Counted from the first letter of the stretch, positions 17,073 through 28,064 are shown. The stretch is DNA of 64,000 nt from an uncultured virus (IMG/VR IMGVR_UViG_3300011223_000001) (IMGVR_UViG_3300011223_000001:1-64000); one strand, 5' to 3'. Numbers and translations are program-made. Notes: generated from the letters alone by a model not told the origin.

Positions 17073-18713
17073 TTAGGCGCGCATGACAGGAAGTGCTGTC
17101 GTTGCCAGCTGAAGGTCGTTGTCATACGTTCGGCGAATCCACCGGATGTACAGCAGCTCACCGTTCTTAAGGTCGTTGTTGACAATCTGATCCTTGTTCC
17201 AATCCGCCACAGGGATCTCGTAGGCGTTGTTGAGGAACTGGAGGATGAAGTGAGTTGGGACAGGGGCTGACGACTCAATGTCGATGCTGTACAGCGGTTC
17301 GGCTGCGTAGAACAACTGCTTGAGCCATGCTTCTTGGGTGGTGTTACCCATCCCAAGGTTCAGGCGCCAGTTGTTAACACTGAGGTAACGACAGCTTGCG
17401 ATCAAACCTCGGCCGTAACCGTTAACCTGGTTCGGGGTGAACAACATTTCCCAGTTCGCAGGCTGGTTGTCGCCGCTGTTGAGCAGGGCGATACGCACGT
17501 TCTGCACATGGCGGAACTGTGCAAAGCGCCCATCGACCTTGTTGATGTCCAGTGCGTACGTGACTTCTTGCACCACGCCGTAGGCTTTGGGGTTGAATGG
17601 GTTGGAACTGGTGCCCAGCTCGACGTACGGGGTGACGTTGTAATACGTCTGGCGGTCGAGGTTGTACATCCAGAATTCCAAACGATAACCCACCGCTGCA
17701 CTGACCCACACGGGGTAAACGAACAGCTTGACCTCGTAAGCACCATCAGCGGTCACGGTGCGGGCGATGTAGTCCACCACCAGCGTACGGTTCAGCGACG
17801 GCGTCATGTTGAAGCTGACTTCGTCAGCGGCCAAGTTGTAATTGAGCACCAGTGGGAACTGTTGCCCAACTTCGGTGGCGATGTAGTTACGCAGCCCCAG
17901 CAGGTTGAACTGGTTGCCGTTGATCGCCAAACGGTTCTGGGTACCATCACTGTAGGAAACCACCGCATCAAGCGGCAAGGATTCGACGGTGACGTTGAGG
18001 GGGAACTCGATCACCTGTGGGTCAGCGGCCGAAATGAACGGCGAATCCAAGTGGATGCCCTGCACGTATTTCTTACTGGCATCGGCACGACGTACCGCTT
18101 TGGAATTCACCACCAACAACTGGGCTTTGGACACCTGGTTGTTCTGCTCCCCGTAGAACACCACGGTAAGCGTCTGACCGTTCTCGAACGCTTGGTTGGT
18201 GTACCCAGGCGCTGGTGCCTTACACACCCGCTGACGCACCGGGTCCCAAGACTCTTCCATGGGGACTGCGTACCCCAGGTAGTTGTTGGACGAGTCGTAC
18301 ATCGACGAGACAATGGTGCCTGTGGCTTCATCGATGTCCTCACCCAGGAACGCCACCCAGTGCTGAATTTCCATGTGGTAGCTGTGCAGACGAAAGTCTG
18401 GCGTGAGGGTATGGGGTGTGACGCTGGTATCCAAGAAAATACGGAATGATTCCGAACTGTAACCTGGACCGACGCCGACGAGTTTAGCATCGCCGTCGTT
18501 GCTGTCTACCGGTAGCTTCACCGGTTTGAGTACCGAGTAACCGGTGGTGATGTCCACCGACACCACCTCACGCCAACCGTTGGCGGTGCCAAACACCAGG
18601 TCGTATTTGTTCGGGACCCAGCGACCGGGGCTTCCGACGGCAACGATTTCAGTCTCGTGCCAGATTTTAAACCCCCGGTCGGGGTCGCGGTAACCAGAGT
18701 TGTCCTGAGCCAT
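17073..18713 (-). CDS. Virion structural protein (phiKZ gp26-like, baseplate region)
   Basis: 546 aa; position and size within the terminase-to-sheath block. Confidence 0.65.
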   Translation of the reverse strand: MAQDNSGYRDPDRGFKIWHETEIVAVGSPGRWVPNKYDLVFGTANGWREVVSVDITTGYSVLKPVKLPVDSNDGDAKLVGVGPGYSSESFRIFLDTSVTPHTLTPDFRLHSYHMEIQHWVAFLGEDIDEATGTIVSSMYDSSNNYLGYAVPMEESWDPVRQRVCKAPAPGYTNQAFENGQTLTVVFYGEQNNQVSKAQLLVVNSKAVRRADASKKYVQGIHLDSPFISAADPQVIEFPLNVTVESLPLDAVVSYSDGTQNRLAINGNQFNLLGLRNYIATEVGQQFPLVLNYNLAADEVSFNMTPSLNRTLVVDYIARTVTADGAYEVKLFVYPVWVSAAVGYRLEFWMYNLDRQTYYNVTPYVELGTSSNPFNPKAYGVVQEVTYALDINKVDGRFAQFRHVQNVRIALLNSGDNQPANWEMLFTPNQVNGYGRGLIASCRYLSVNNWRLNLGMGNTTQEAWLKQLFYAAEPLYSIDIESSAPVPTHFILQFLNNAYEIPVADWNKDQIVNNDLKNGELLYIRWIRRTYDNDLQLATTALPVMRA

Positions 18714-18716
18714 CTC

Positions 18717-21401
18717 TTAAATCCCGTTGTCGATGTAAACGAAGGACGCAATGTCAGGCGGTACCCGAAGGTAGGTAGCCAATGCGCGTTTGAAGAAACT
18801 GTACTTTTGAATCGGCAGCCCAACCGGAGCGCCAAACCAGTGCGGCCAAACCTGCACGTGGTTCTCGTTGTAAGTGCGGTTACACAGGTCATGCTCCAGC
18901 AGCCATTCGTAGCTTTTGAGCCACATTCGGATATCGTTATCCGAGTAATGGTCCATGATCCCGGCCGGATCGAGGTTGCCATTGAGCAGGTCATGCAGGA
19001 TTTTGTTGGCAAAGCAACTCACCACGTGATACTGGATCAGGATGGTGTCGAGATAGTTGCGGTTACGTTTAGGGTACAGGTTACCCATGTACGCGGATAC
19101 CGCCTTATCCCGAGCGTCATCCTCGCGGCGCGCTTTGTAGTCAAACTCAAAGACGTCGCGGAACACCATGGGGGGTGTCTGTATCGAATAGGGTGCACCA
19201 TTGCGCTCATCGGTTACCACAGCCGAACCCCAGTCTTCTTCGAAACGAAGTGTTTTGGGATCACGGTAATGACCGTCGACAATCATGCGCTGTACTTTGT
19301 GGGTATGGATGTTGTACGTCGGGTCATTGGACAATACGCCGTACTCAATGAACCCAAACTCACTCATCGCAGGGCGTGACAAGTCAGACTCACAGAACCC
19401 ATACGCACGAATCAAGAACCGTTGGGTGGGTCCGCTGTTCAGGTACTCGATGTTGTGGATGACGAACTCAGGCCATTTAACGGTGTAGTCAAGCCCTTCG
19501 ATCAGTGCCCGACCTTCGACGAAGACATCTACTTGGGCTGGGGGCACTTCAAGGATCTTGTACTCGGCAAGGCCTTGGTGGGTTTCGTAGCTACCCACAC
19601 TGAACCGCAGATGACCATCGTCCTTGGACAACGTCAGGCCATAGCACAAGAACGCATTGTCCTGGCGCACACAACCGTACCACTTCGACGCATCGTACGT
19701 CCAGACCCACTTTGGCACCGAACCGCTAGTGTCCAAGTAACCCCAGTCACTGCGGTTCTTAAGTTCAGTGATGTCCTGCCATACCCCGCGCTGAACACCC
19801 CCAAAGACTGGGACGACGTACAAGCGGTAGTTGTACTGAAGATCCAGTTCAACATCGACCTTGTCGTAAACAGTGTTAAGGGAATTACCCCCTTTACCGA
19901 CGATGGCTTCAACCCGGGCAGTGAGTGCATTGCGTGGGGTATAGCGCCGACCCGCAGCGTGGTAGTGCCATTCCAACAACACGCCTTTGGCATCGAACTC
20001 AAAGACCGTGGCGTTGTACCAGTAGGCGTAGCTGAGTTCCACTTCACGCCGACCGTTGACCACCTTAACGTCAGATGGAGTAGCCGCCAAGAGACTAGCC
20101 GCGGCATGGTACCCAAACACACGGCCAGCGAACTCCTGTGCCGCGGTCTTCTGCTCGCTGGTGACGTCAGGGTCGTTAAAGCCGATGGGGTTAACCAGGC
20201 TCGGTTTGGCACCCATGAACTGTGGGTACGCCGCTTTCTCAAGGTTAGCGGCTTTCCACAGATCCAGCGTCGAATCAATCCCCGTCAGAGCCCGCACTAC
20301 CCGGGTGTCGGACATGCGGTAAAGCTCGTGAATGCGCGAGGCTTCGGGTTGCAGCGGACGGTCATAACCAGACTGCCGGAAGTAAACCCGCAGTTTGAGG
20401 TCGGCCAAGCTCTCCCATTTGTCCTCAGTGAATTTCACCGAATCCAAAATAAACCGGGGGTCGGTGGGATGAGATTGCACGAAGGTGTTAAGACGGGGGA
20501 TCGAAACACTGTAGTCCTTGTGAGTCAACTGCCGAACCCACTTACCCTCGTTGCGGTGATACGACACGCCCAAGAAGCGTCCGTTACCACCCCCTTCCTT
20601 AATGAGGAACAAATCCAGGTCATCGTAAAACTGAATGGACTTGACCTTAGGGTCGTTGTAATGCAGCAGGTACTTGGTTTCTTTGTCCAGCGTGGACAAG
20701 AAGGTAGGTAGCGACTTCAGCGGGAAATCGATGTAACGATCGATCGAGGAATCGATGACCATCTCCATCGAGTCCCCGGGGGTTGCGTTCATCAACGTCA
20801 GGGTGTTAGTAAACCGCCCGTTGACGTAGTAGTACGGCACACCCCCGCGTGCTTTGAGTTGGCGATCCATTTCGATCTGCAAGCTGACCAGCTCTTGCGG
20901 TCCCTTAGGGGTGCCCCCCATCACAAACACGGTACGGCGATTGGCCGCATCGGCGCGGCTGGTCGCATAGTACGCGTTGCTGTAAAACCGCAGGTACACC
21001 TCTTGGCGGTCTAAGGGATAGACGCGGTCATTAAGCTTGACAGCAATCACCAGGTTCTTGGTCCCGGTGAGCATGAGGTAAACTTCATGCCGGGGGAACT
21101 GGATGCCGCACTCGACATAAAGCTCGGTGTACAATGCGGTCTCGTTAGCGATCTCGGCTAACGACATCCATTTGTTGTAGCGTTTGGGTACGCCCAGCAA
21201 GGTCGGTTCAACTTTGCCGATTTGGTAGATGTGGTAATAGTCGCGCGGAGTCGGCAACAGGTACCGTTCGAAATCGATCGCATACGACGTGTGTACACCC
21301 CAGCGTGGTGATAGCGGCACGAGTCGGTACACGTGCTGCCGATCCATCGATGGGTTACACCAGACCGTACTGATCGCATGGCGCAGAAGGTACTCGTTCA
21401 T
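18717..21401 (-). CDS. Virion structural protein (phiKZ gp27-like)
   Basis: 894 aa; VWCNP N-terminus; synteny. Confidence 0.65.
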   Translation of the reverse strand: MNEYLLRHAISTVWCNPSMDRQHVYRLVPLSPRWGVHTSYAIDFERYLLPTPRDYYHIYQIGKVEPTLLGVPKRYNKWMSLAEIANETALYTELYVECGIQFPRHEVYLMLTGTKNLVIAVKLNDRVYPLDRQEVYLRFYSNAYYATSRADAANRRTVFVMGGTPKGPQELVSLQIEMDRQLKARGGVPYYYVNGRFTNTLTLMNATPGDSMEMVIDSSIDRYIDFPLKSLPTFLSTLDKETKYLLHYNDPKVKSIQFYDDLDLFLIKEGGGNGRFLGVSYHRNEGKWVRQLTHKDYSVSIPRLNTFVQSHPTDPRFILDSVKFTEDKWESLADLKLRVYFRQSGYDRPLQPEASRIHELYRMSDTRVVRALTGIDSTLDLWKAANLEKAAYPQFMGAKPSLVNPIGFNDPDVTSEQKTAAQEFAGRVFGYHAAASLLAATPSDVKVVNGRREVELSYAYWYNATVFEFDAKGVLLEWHYHAAGRRYTPRNALTARVEAIVGKGGNSLNTVYDKVDVELDLQYNYRLYVVPVFGGVQRGVWQDITELKNRSDWGYLDTSGSVPKWVWTYDASKWYGCVRQDNAFLCYGLTLSKDDGHLRFSVGSYETHQGLAEYKILEVPPAQVDVFVEGRALIEGLDYTVKWPEFVIHNIEYLNSGPTQRFLIRAYGFCESDLSRPAMSEFGFIEYGVLSNDPTYNIHTHKVQRMIVDGHYRDPKTLRFEEDWGSAVVTDERNGAPYSIQTPPMVFRDVFEFDYKARREDDARDKAVSAYMGNLYPKRNRNYLDTILIQYHVVSCFANKILHDLLNGNLDPAGIMDHYSDNDIRMWLKSYEWLLEHDLCNRTYNENHVQVWPHWFGAPVGLPIQKYSFFKRALATYLRVPPDIASFVYIDNGI

Positions 21402-21534
21402 TTAGGCTACCTGTGAACAGAGGTGTCAAATTTTACTGGCATGCTTAGTTAAAGCTCATAACATCCAGTGTTTTGCAAGTCGTCATAAGACCCTCCCTGT
21501 CACGGGAGGGCTATATGTCGGTTTATCAGTAGAA

Positions 21535-22464
21535 TTATTTGAACTGTTCGGCGACTTGGCGGTAAACCAAATCAGTGAAAGCCCGCAGTTCATTTGGACG
21601 ACCTGCCGTCAGTGCACGGGAAGCCAGTGTTGTCTTTTTATACGAACGGTCCATGATCACATTATAGACCAGCGCAATGAAGGTCGGCATGTGCTCCAGT
21701 GCCACCCCGACGTTTTCACGGGCATTGACACCGAAGTACGAGCTTTGCACCAAGGTGATGATGTCAGCCGCGGAAAGGTCACCCATCCGAATACTACCCA
21801 AATCCTGGCTAATGGTCTTGGCCAAGTCCTCAAGAGTCTTCAGACTTTTGATGGAATCGGAGATCTCGAGAATGGTGCGGTTCTCGGGCATGTTGGTTAC
21901 ATTGCGTACAATGTTGACCATCGCGGCACGTGCTTCAGGATCTGTCGCCAGCTCCTCATTGATCATCGCCAGGTAGTAGTACGCACAAACCACTGAGATT
22001 TTCAGCTCCGTACCACCGTCTAAGTTGAACTTACCAACGATGGCCCGGGTAATCCATTTGATGAACGTAATCATCGGCACGTTGCCTAGGCGGCGCAGCG
22101 TGGTCGGTCCTTTGGTGGGGTCCATGGCGTTGAGCGTTAGAGCCCCACGCACACACTGAAACATCCAGTCGTTCTCAGTAGTAAGACGGTATGTGCCTGT
22201 TCGGCGATCGAGTCGCATAAACGGTCGCCCGTCTAGGACCAACCTGGGTGCCTGATCAGTACCCAGATTTACAAATTGGGTGAATGCCTTGACGTCCTCA
22301 TGTTCCTCGTTCGGTGCAACAAAGAACAGGTTCTTGATGGTGTTACCACCGGGCGTTACGACCTCAGGAAGAGGGAGATCGATCTGGGCGCTTTTGATCT
22401 TGCTGACAATCGAGTCCACCTGGTACATGCGCCCTTGGGTGGTGTCGTATGGCATGAGTAGCAT
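21535..22464 (-). CDS. Conserved virion protein (phiKZ gp28-like)
   Basis: 309 aa; divergent from the sheath gene; synteny. Confidence 0.6.
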   Translation of the reverse strand: MLLMPYDTTQGRMYQVDSIVSKIKSAQIDLPLPEVVTPGGNTIKNLFFVAPNEEHEDVKAFTQFVNLGTDQAPRLVLDGRPFMRLDRRTGTYRLTTENDWMFQCVRGALTLNAMDPTKGPTTLRRLGNVPMITFIKWITRAIVGKFNLDGGTELKISVVCAYYYLAMINEELATDPEARAAMVNIVRNVTNMPENRTILEISDSIKSLKTLEDLAKTISQDLGSIRMGDLSAADIITLVQSSYFGVNARENVGVALEHMPTFIALVYNVIMDRSYKKTTLASRALTAGRPNELRAFTDLVYRQVAEQFK

Positions 22465-22605
22465 GCGGCGACTCCATTTTATGTCGATTAAAAATACATT
22501 TGTGTCTTAATGGCCCAAATGCTGTTTAATATTTATGGATTGAATTGGGTTAACGCTCATAACATCGAGTCATCAGTGCATCAAGCCCTCCTAGGAGACA
22601 AATAG

Positions 22606-24678
22606 ATGTCAAACGTCAACTCGACGCCGCGTATCATCTACGGCGGTATCAACGATAAGTCCCGTGGGGTTGCAACTCGGGCGCCAATCACCTATCCGCA
22701 GCATGCCCCACTGCTGCGTCTTTGGGGTCAGACCGGTACCGACAAGACCACCTTCGTCGGTCACGAGAACAGTGACTTCAATGCCATGTACGGCATCGAG
22801 ACCCTCGCTCGCCGTGGCAAGTTCTTCAACCTGCAATCGCTGCTGGCCGAAACCCTGCTGGGCGCCGGTAACGGCTTCTTCGTCAAGCGTCTGATTCCAC
22901 AAGACGCCAAGAAGTCGCGCATGATCGTCGGCATCGAAATGGTCCGCGACATGATCCCTGCCGTGCTGGAGCGCCTGTCTGGCTTCAACTACAACGGCCA
23001 GATCAATCCAGACCAAGCTTCGGAGCTGCCACCGGTTGACGGCTACCTCTCGCGCATCGTGCTGATCCCAGCCGAAGGCGAAGTCGGTACGGCCAAGGCA
23101 CAGCCTGGTACTCTCGAGGCCAAAGCCGGTGGCGGCCAATCGACGGTGTTCCCACTGTTCGAACTGCCAGCTTCCTACTTCGGTGAAGCGGGCGACAACC
23201 TCGGCATTCGCTGCTGGGCACCGAACGACAACACCAACGAAGTCTACGACGAAGCGGCCGCTGACGCGTTCAAGACGCGCATGTACCGTTTCCAGTTCAT
23301 GCAGAAGGTGGCCAACACCAACATCCCGGCCATCGTGCTGACCGCCAACGGCGAAGACTACGTTGACGTGTGCTTCACCGAAGGTGCCTACAGCGCATCG
23401 AGCGACCGCGAGTACTACATCGGCGACACGCTGATCAAAGCGTACACCGACGATGGCATCGAGTCGAACCTGGCGCCGCTGCACAGCCCGTTCTCGCAGA
23501 TCCATGTGTACAGCGATAACATCAAAACCGTCCAGGACATGATCTACGCCCGTGAGCTGGATCTGAACCCGGCCATCGAAGCGACGATCTCGCAAGCCAG
23601 CCAGATCGACTTCCTGACCGGCGCTGGTAAAGACGGCGACCTGTACCAGTCTCTGTACCTGCTGGGTGCATTGAACGGTGGTATCCTGTTCAACGACGGT
23701 ACCACCGTGTACGCCACTGGCGGTAGCGACGGCACCATGGGCCACAAAGCCTACGAAGAACTGGTCACCGTTGAGAACACCGCGTTCGGTCAACTGGGCG
23801 ATCTGTACGAGAACGACGCGCTGTATCCGTTCTCGCACATCTACGACACCGGCCTCAGCATGGATGGCAAGATCGCCATGATGAACGTACTGGGTCAGCG
23901 TCGTGACCTCAAGTGCGTCTTCACCACCTACGTGGAAGCCGAAGGCCGGGCGCCAACCCTGTCTGAAGAGCTCTCGCGTGCCGAAGTGCTGATGACCCGC
24001 CTGAAGGCCTACCCGGAGTCCACCCTGTACGGGACCGGCGTCTGCCGTGCCGAAGTGGTTTACCAAACCGGCGAGTTGATGGGTGGTGGCTACAGCAAGC
24101 CCGTGCCACAGATCCTGGACTACGCGCTGAAGTGGGCCAACTTCGCGGGTGCCTCGACCGGCATTCTGCGTGACGGTGCTGACATCGATCAGGACCCGAA
24201 CAACGAAGTCAGCCTGGTGAAAAACCTGAACGTGCCGTACTTCCCAGCACGGGCACAGTCCAGCGCCTGGGCGTCGGGTGGTATCTACTCGCTGACCAGC
24301 GACGTGCGTACCAACTACTACCCATGTGTGCGTTCGGTTTACCAAGACGCCACGTCGGTTCTGTTGTCGCCGATCACCACCAACATCGCCTGCGACATCG
24401 TGCGCCTGATCAAACGGGTCCACAAGAAGGTTGCTGGTAATGCCAAGCTGACCAAAGAGCAGATCATCGAGCGCTGCAACAAAGAAATCACCAAGCTGGT
24501 GGAAGGTCGTTACGCCGGCCGCGTTCAGATCGTACCCGAAACCTTCTTCACGGCCGACGACGATAACAACGGGTTTACTTGGCATTGCCGCGTGAAGCTC
24601 TACGCGAACAATCCGAAGACCACGATGTTCTTCGAACTCGAAACCTACCGCATGGACGCCCTGGCCGCTGCTGCGTAA
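22606..24678 (+). CDS. Tail sheath protein (phiKZ gp29-like)
   Basis: 690 aa; GINDKS, PQHAP, IYDTG, C-terminal TADD..GFTW..NNPKT; strong codon bias. Confidence 0.85.
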   Translation: MSNVNSTPRIIYGGINDKSRGVATRAPITYPQHAPLLRLWGQTGTDKTTFVGHENSDFNAMYGIETLARRGKFFNLQSLLAETLLGAGNGFFVKRLIPQDAKKSRMIVGIEMVRDMIPAVLERLSGFNYNGQINPDQASELPPVDGYLSRIVLIPAEGEVGTAKAQPGTLEAKAGGGQSTVFPLFELPASYFGEAGDNLGIRCWAPNDNTNEVYDEAAADAFKTRMYRFQFMQKVANTNIPAIVLTANGEDYVDVCFTEGAYSASSDREYYIGDTLIKAYTDDGIESNLAPLHSPFSQIHVYSDNIKTVQDMIYARELDLNPAIEATISQASQIDFLTGAGKDGDLYQSLYLLGALNGGILFNDGTTVYATGGSDGTMGHKAYEELVTVENTAFGQLGDLYENDALYPFSHIYDTGLSMDGKIAMMNVLGQRRDLKCVFTTYVEAEGRAPTLSEELSRAEVLMTRLKAYPESTLYGTGVCRAEVVYQTGELMGGGYSKPVPQILDYALKWANFAGASTGILRDGADIDQDPNNEVSLVKNLNVPYFPARAQSSAWASGGIYSLTSDVRTNYYPCVRSVYQDATSVLLSPITTNIACDIVRLIKRVHKKVAGNAKLTKEQIIERCNKEITKLVEGRYAGRVQIVPETFFTADDDNNGFTWHCRVKLYANNPKTTMFFELETYRMDALAAAA

Positions 24679-24715
24679 GCAGCGGTTCGTCCGTTCTTCA
24701 CAAGGGTATAGATAA

Positions 24716-25582
24716 ATGGATCGTTACAGCTCTCCGTTCATCGGTCAGGTGGGCTACGGCCGGGCACAGTCCCCCGGCACCATCAACCTGGCCCAGGCAG
24801 GTACGCACACCTTGGCACCGGACCTGGCGAACATCGCCAGCAACACGCCACTGGTTCAGCGTAACCTGATCCCGTTCCTCATCGAAGCCCCACGCTTCTT
24901 TGAGTTCTTGCCGAACCGCGATCTGGCAGTGCGCTGCTTGAAAGCGTTCATCGAGAAGCACACCCGGACCATCAACGGTCTGAACCAGCAAATCTCGGTT
25001 GATACCGCGGACAACCAATACGGTGGTTCCGGTGAATCGATCAAGGTGGCTACCAACGTCACTCGCGCCACGTCCAGCCCAACCTTCGGTGGGTGGGAAC
25101 TGCAAGGCCGTGCTGTCACCCGCTTCATCAAGTGGTGGATTCAGTATGGCATTGGCGACGAAAACACCAAGATCCCATTGGTGGTTTCTGATGGTCAAGT
25201 AGCCGCTGCTGACTACGACGCCTCGTTCTACGGCGCGACCATCCTGTTCGTTGAACCGGACGCCTCGGTGACCGAGCCGATCTCGGCGTGGTTGGGCACC
25301 AACATGTTCCCACTGGCTACCCCTGCGTGGGAAGGGCGTAAAGACGCCAGCCAGCTGGGTCAGAACCTGGAGTTCGACATCGAGTTCTCCATGGTGTCGG
25401 ACGTTTCCATTGGCACCACCATGTTTGCGCGGGAAATGCTGAAATCGCTAAACCTGCGTGGCATGAACCCCAACGACCGTCGTCTGTGGTTCACCGGCGT
25501 TAGCGCTGATGTGGCTGCGGCTGACAACGGTCTGAAGAAGCAGCTGATGGAAGGCGCTGCTGCTCGTCAGAACGTGGGTTAA
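24716..25582 (+). CDS. Tail tube protein (phiKZ gp30-like)
   Basis: 288 aa directly after the sheath gene; TILFVEPD, AWLGTNMFP. Confidence 0.8.
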   Translation: MDRYSSPFIGQVGYGRAQSPGTINLAQAGTHTLAPDLANIASNTPLVQRNLIPFLIEAPRFFEFLPNRDLAVRCLKAFIEKHTRTINGLNQQISVDTADNQYGGSGESIKVATNVTRATSSPTFGGWELQGRAVTRFIKWWIQYGIGDENTKIPLVVSDGQVAAADYDASFYGATILFVEPDASVTEPISAWLGTNMFPLATPAWEGRKDASQLGQNLEFDIEFSMVSDVSIGTTMFAREMLKSLNLRGMNPNDRRLWFTGVSADVAAADNGLKKQLMEGAAARQNVG

Positions 25583-25595
25583 GGGGTAACCTCCC

Positions 25596-25772
25596 ATGGC
25601 AGGCGTGCAGAATCAGTCCACTCCGTCACAAGCCAGGACTCCAGGCCAGCCTCAGGCAACTGAGCGCAAACCTCAGAGTCAACTGGTGTCCCCGGACATC
25701 GCGGCTGCCACCAACGGCCTCGCTGGGGATTTGGAAGCATCGGCGAAAGCCCGCATCCAGTACACTCAGTAA
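25596..25772 (+). CDS. 58-aa protein whose C-terminus resembles the tail-tube C-terminus
   Basis: Translated by hand: MAGVQNQSTP...VSPDIAAATNGLAGDLEASAKARIQYTQ; lies before the operon's hairpin element. Confidence 0.6.
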   Translation: MAGVQNQSTPSQARTPGQPQATERKPQSQLVSPDIAAATNGLAGDLEASAKARIQYTQ

Positions 25773-25836
25773 AAACATACGACCCTTCCCTTTATGGGAG
25801 GGGTCTATGTCCGCTTAGTGGAAAAGATCTCAGGTC

Positions 25837-25851
25837 TATATCACTTCGATG
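25837..25851 (+). promoter_or_regulatory. Putative early promoter
   Basis: TATATCA-CTTCGA-TG. Confidence 0.6.
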
Positions 25852-25879
25852 ATAAACCTACCCCGTTAAAGGAATAATC

Positions 25880-26158
25880 ATGCGCAACATACTCGCGGTA
25901 CTGGTGTTGACCACCTTGGGTTCGACCGCTCAAGCAGACACGACTCTTTTTGAAGAGATGTACCGTAATAGCTTCGTCTCTTATTGCGACGGTCGCTATT
26001 GCACCGACACCGACACAGGACAGCGCTACGAGGTTGAAGGACCTCCTGTGGCGCCAGGTTACCTGCTGAACTTCTCACAACCCTACACGGACGATCAAAT
26101 CGCGATGGCTCGCACCTACATCCTTGATCGTTACGCTAATGAGGAACCCCATGACTAA
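25880..26158 (+). CDS. Small exported protein
   Basis: Signal peptide MRNILAVLVLTTLGSTAQA; AAGGA RBS. Confidence 0.65.
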   Translation: MRNILAVLVLTTLGSTAQADTTLFEEMYRNSFVSYCDGRYCTDTDTGQRYEVEGPPVAPGYLLNFSQPYTDDQIAMARTYILDRYANEEPHD

Positions 26159-26795
26159 CGTCAGCCAGTTGATCCCAACCGTTACCGAAGGCGTCGACGG
26201 CCTCGGTAGTGTGTTCGATATCCACCTAGTGGGTATGACCCCGCTAGGTTTGGACTGCGTAAGTCAAATCCCGAATCTGTATTTTCATCATCCCGAATCG
26301 GGATTTACGTATTTCATCCGTCTGGTGTTTAAAGACGATGTAGTGGCGACTCGCCAAAAGCTAGAAGGGCATGACTTTAACCTGATCGTCGGTATGTATT
26401 CGGCGTTGCTGGCGCGCTATGTGCGCCGCACCGGAATGCACGTGCCGGACGGGGTTGAAGTGTGTGGCCTAGCTGAGCTTCTGTACGGTTTTATTCGTGA
26501 CGTGGACTATACCTCCGAATGCACCTACAATGTGAACGATGATACCTTCATGTTTGTGATGGGGGTGTTGTCTTTGCTGGTGTTTCCAGGGAAGGCCACA
26601 ACGCGATCAGTTTCGGTCTTGGTCAATGGTGATTTGTATCAGTGCGAGGTGGTCGTACCTGTACTGTCGCTGTACTTAGATCCTTGGTCGGTGTTTCACA
26701 TGTCTGCCGCGGTGATCACCCAACTGGAACGTCGGCTCAATACTACGGTGGCAAAATCCAAGCACCTGAAAGCCGAATTCAGAATACCCAGCTAA
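26151..26795 (+). CDS. Hypothetical protein
   Basis: Start MTNVS after GAGGA. Confidence 0.65.
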   Translation: MTNVSQLIPTVTEGVDGLGSVFDIHLVGMTPLGLDCVSQIPNLYFHHPESGFTYFIRLVFKDDVVATRQKLEGHDFNLIVGMYSALLARYVRRTGMHVPDGVEVCGLAELLYGFIRDVDYTSECTYNVNDDTFMFVMGVLSLLVFPGKATTRSVSVLVNGDLYQCEVVVPVLSLYLDPWSVFHMSAAVITQLERRLNTTVAKSKHLKAEFRIPS

Positions 26796-26831
26796 GGCGG
26801 CATAAGGAGGGGTGATCCCCTCCTTAGCTTT

Positions 26832-28064
26832 TTATTTTGCGTAATGGTCACGGCACAGTGTGCGAAGGACCACGTACAGAAGCACCCCTGTTCGTACTGC
26901 GGCGATCTGCGCTTCGTAACGGTTCTTACCCGTGGCGGCCCGTACCAGTTTTTCAGTTTCGGTGCGCAAGATGAGAACCGAGGGATCGGTAGAACGCGAT
27001 GCCGTGAGCAGCGCTTTAAGCTTAGCCAAGTTGGTGGCTAGATCGTTTCGCTGTACCGCAGGCAGTCGGTTAACGTACAGGTGATCGAAGCAATACAGCA
27101 ACACTTCTTTCACGATCTCCTGCATGTAACCATGGTGTGGCGCGAAGTAGTTATTGGAGAGGTAACGCAGGGTTGTCACGAGCAACGGCTTGGGCATGGT
27201 GTTCATGGCCGATGCTACGACGTCTACGAGCTCGTCACGGATGAAACTACGTTCGGTCGGTATGATGTCATTGATGTAGCGCATAAACGACGCATAGCCG
27301 TTCTTACGGTCTTTGAGCACCAACTCGCCATCGGTGTTGATAGCAGTGTCAGATGCTGTCTTAACTCGCACGCCAGTATCACTGAAGTGTTTGTGGATCG
27401 CGTAGATCTTCTTGATCAATTCACGGATACGCGACTGGGTGTCGGTTACCGTACGGATCAACATGCCGTCAGGTTGGAATTCCTGCAAACAGCGGTAGTA
27501 GATCGACTTCGAGCTGACAATGTCTTCAGCCCGTGCACGAATCAGGTCACGCCACGAACCGTACTTACGGATGTCGAAACGTCCGTTCAGTGCCAAGTAC
27601 ACAGCCGTCGCCACTTCTTTGTCAGCTGGGTACTGGAAACGCTTAACCAGCAGCGAGGTGATAAAGCGGTAGTGGAGGATCATGTACGCGTGAACCATGG
27701 CTTCTTGTTTGAGCGAAGCCGGGACACCGGTGACCTGCATCAGTCGATGCACGATGTAGGCCGGGGTGTAGTTGAAGGCATCCGACATGACGTTGAATTC
27801 GTGGTTGATCGAGGTGATCTTTTTGAAATCGGCAAGGAACAGGTCCTCATCGATTTGCAATACCTCCTCATACCACGCGTCGCGGTCGCTGTCGAAGAAC
27901 TTAACGGGGTTTACCCCCAGAAGCACACCCCCGAAGAACGCAGAGTGGTCTTCGTTTCGATTCATGAAACGGATGGAATACTGAATCACCCGCTTACAGA
28001 AATCGGCATCGAATTTGACGTGGTCGAACTGACGATCGAACACTTCTTTGATAGTGACTGCCAT
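26832..28064 (-). CDS. Conserved core protein (phiKZ gp32-like)
   Basis: 410 aa; FFGGVLLGV, KYGSW; synteny. Confidence 0.6.
   Translation of the reverse strand: MAVTIKEVFDRQFDHVKFDADFCKRVIQYSIRFMNRNEDHSAFFGGVLLGVNPVKFFDSDRDAWYEEVLQIDEDLFLADFKKITSINHEFNVMSDAFNYTPAYIVHRLMQVTGVPASLKQEAMVHAYMILHYRFITSLLVKRFQYPADKEVATAVYLALNGRFDIRKYGSWRDLIRARAEDIVSSKSIYYRCLQEFQPDGMLIRTVTDTQSRIRELIKKIYAIHKHFSDTGVRVKTASDTAINTDGELVLKDRKNGYASFMRYINDIIPTERSFIRDELVDVVASAMNTMPKPLLVTTLRYLSNNYFAPHHGYMQEIVKEVLLYCFDHLYVNRLPAVQRNDLATNLAKLKALLTASRSTDPSVLILRTETEKLVRAATGKNRYEAQIAAVRTGVLLYVVLRTLCRDHYAK

Noticed and set aside
22609..24585. 658-aa antisense ORF over the tail sheath gene
   Set aside because: Mirror frame of a strongly codon-biased gene; no recognisable motifs.
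25580..25598. Stop-codon readthrough from tail tube into the mini-ORF
   Set aside because: The 13-nt gap puts it out of frame, and no clear slippery site is present.
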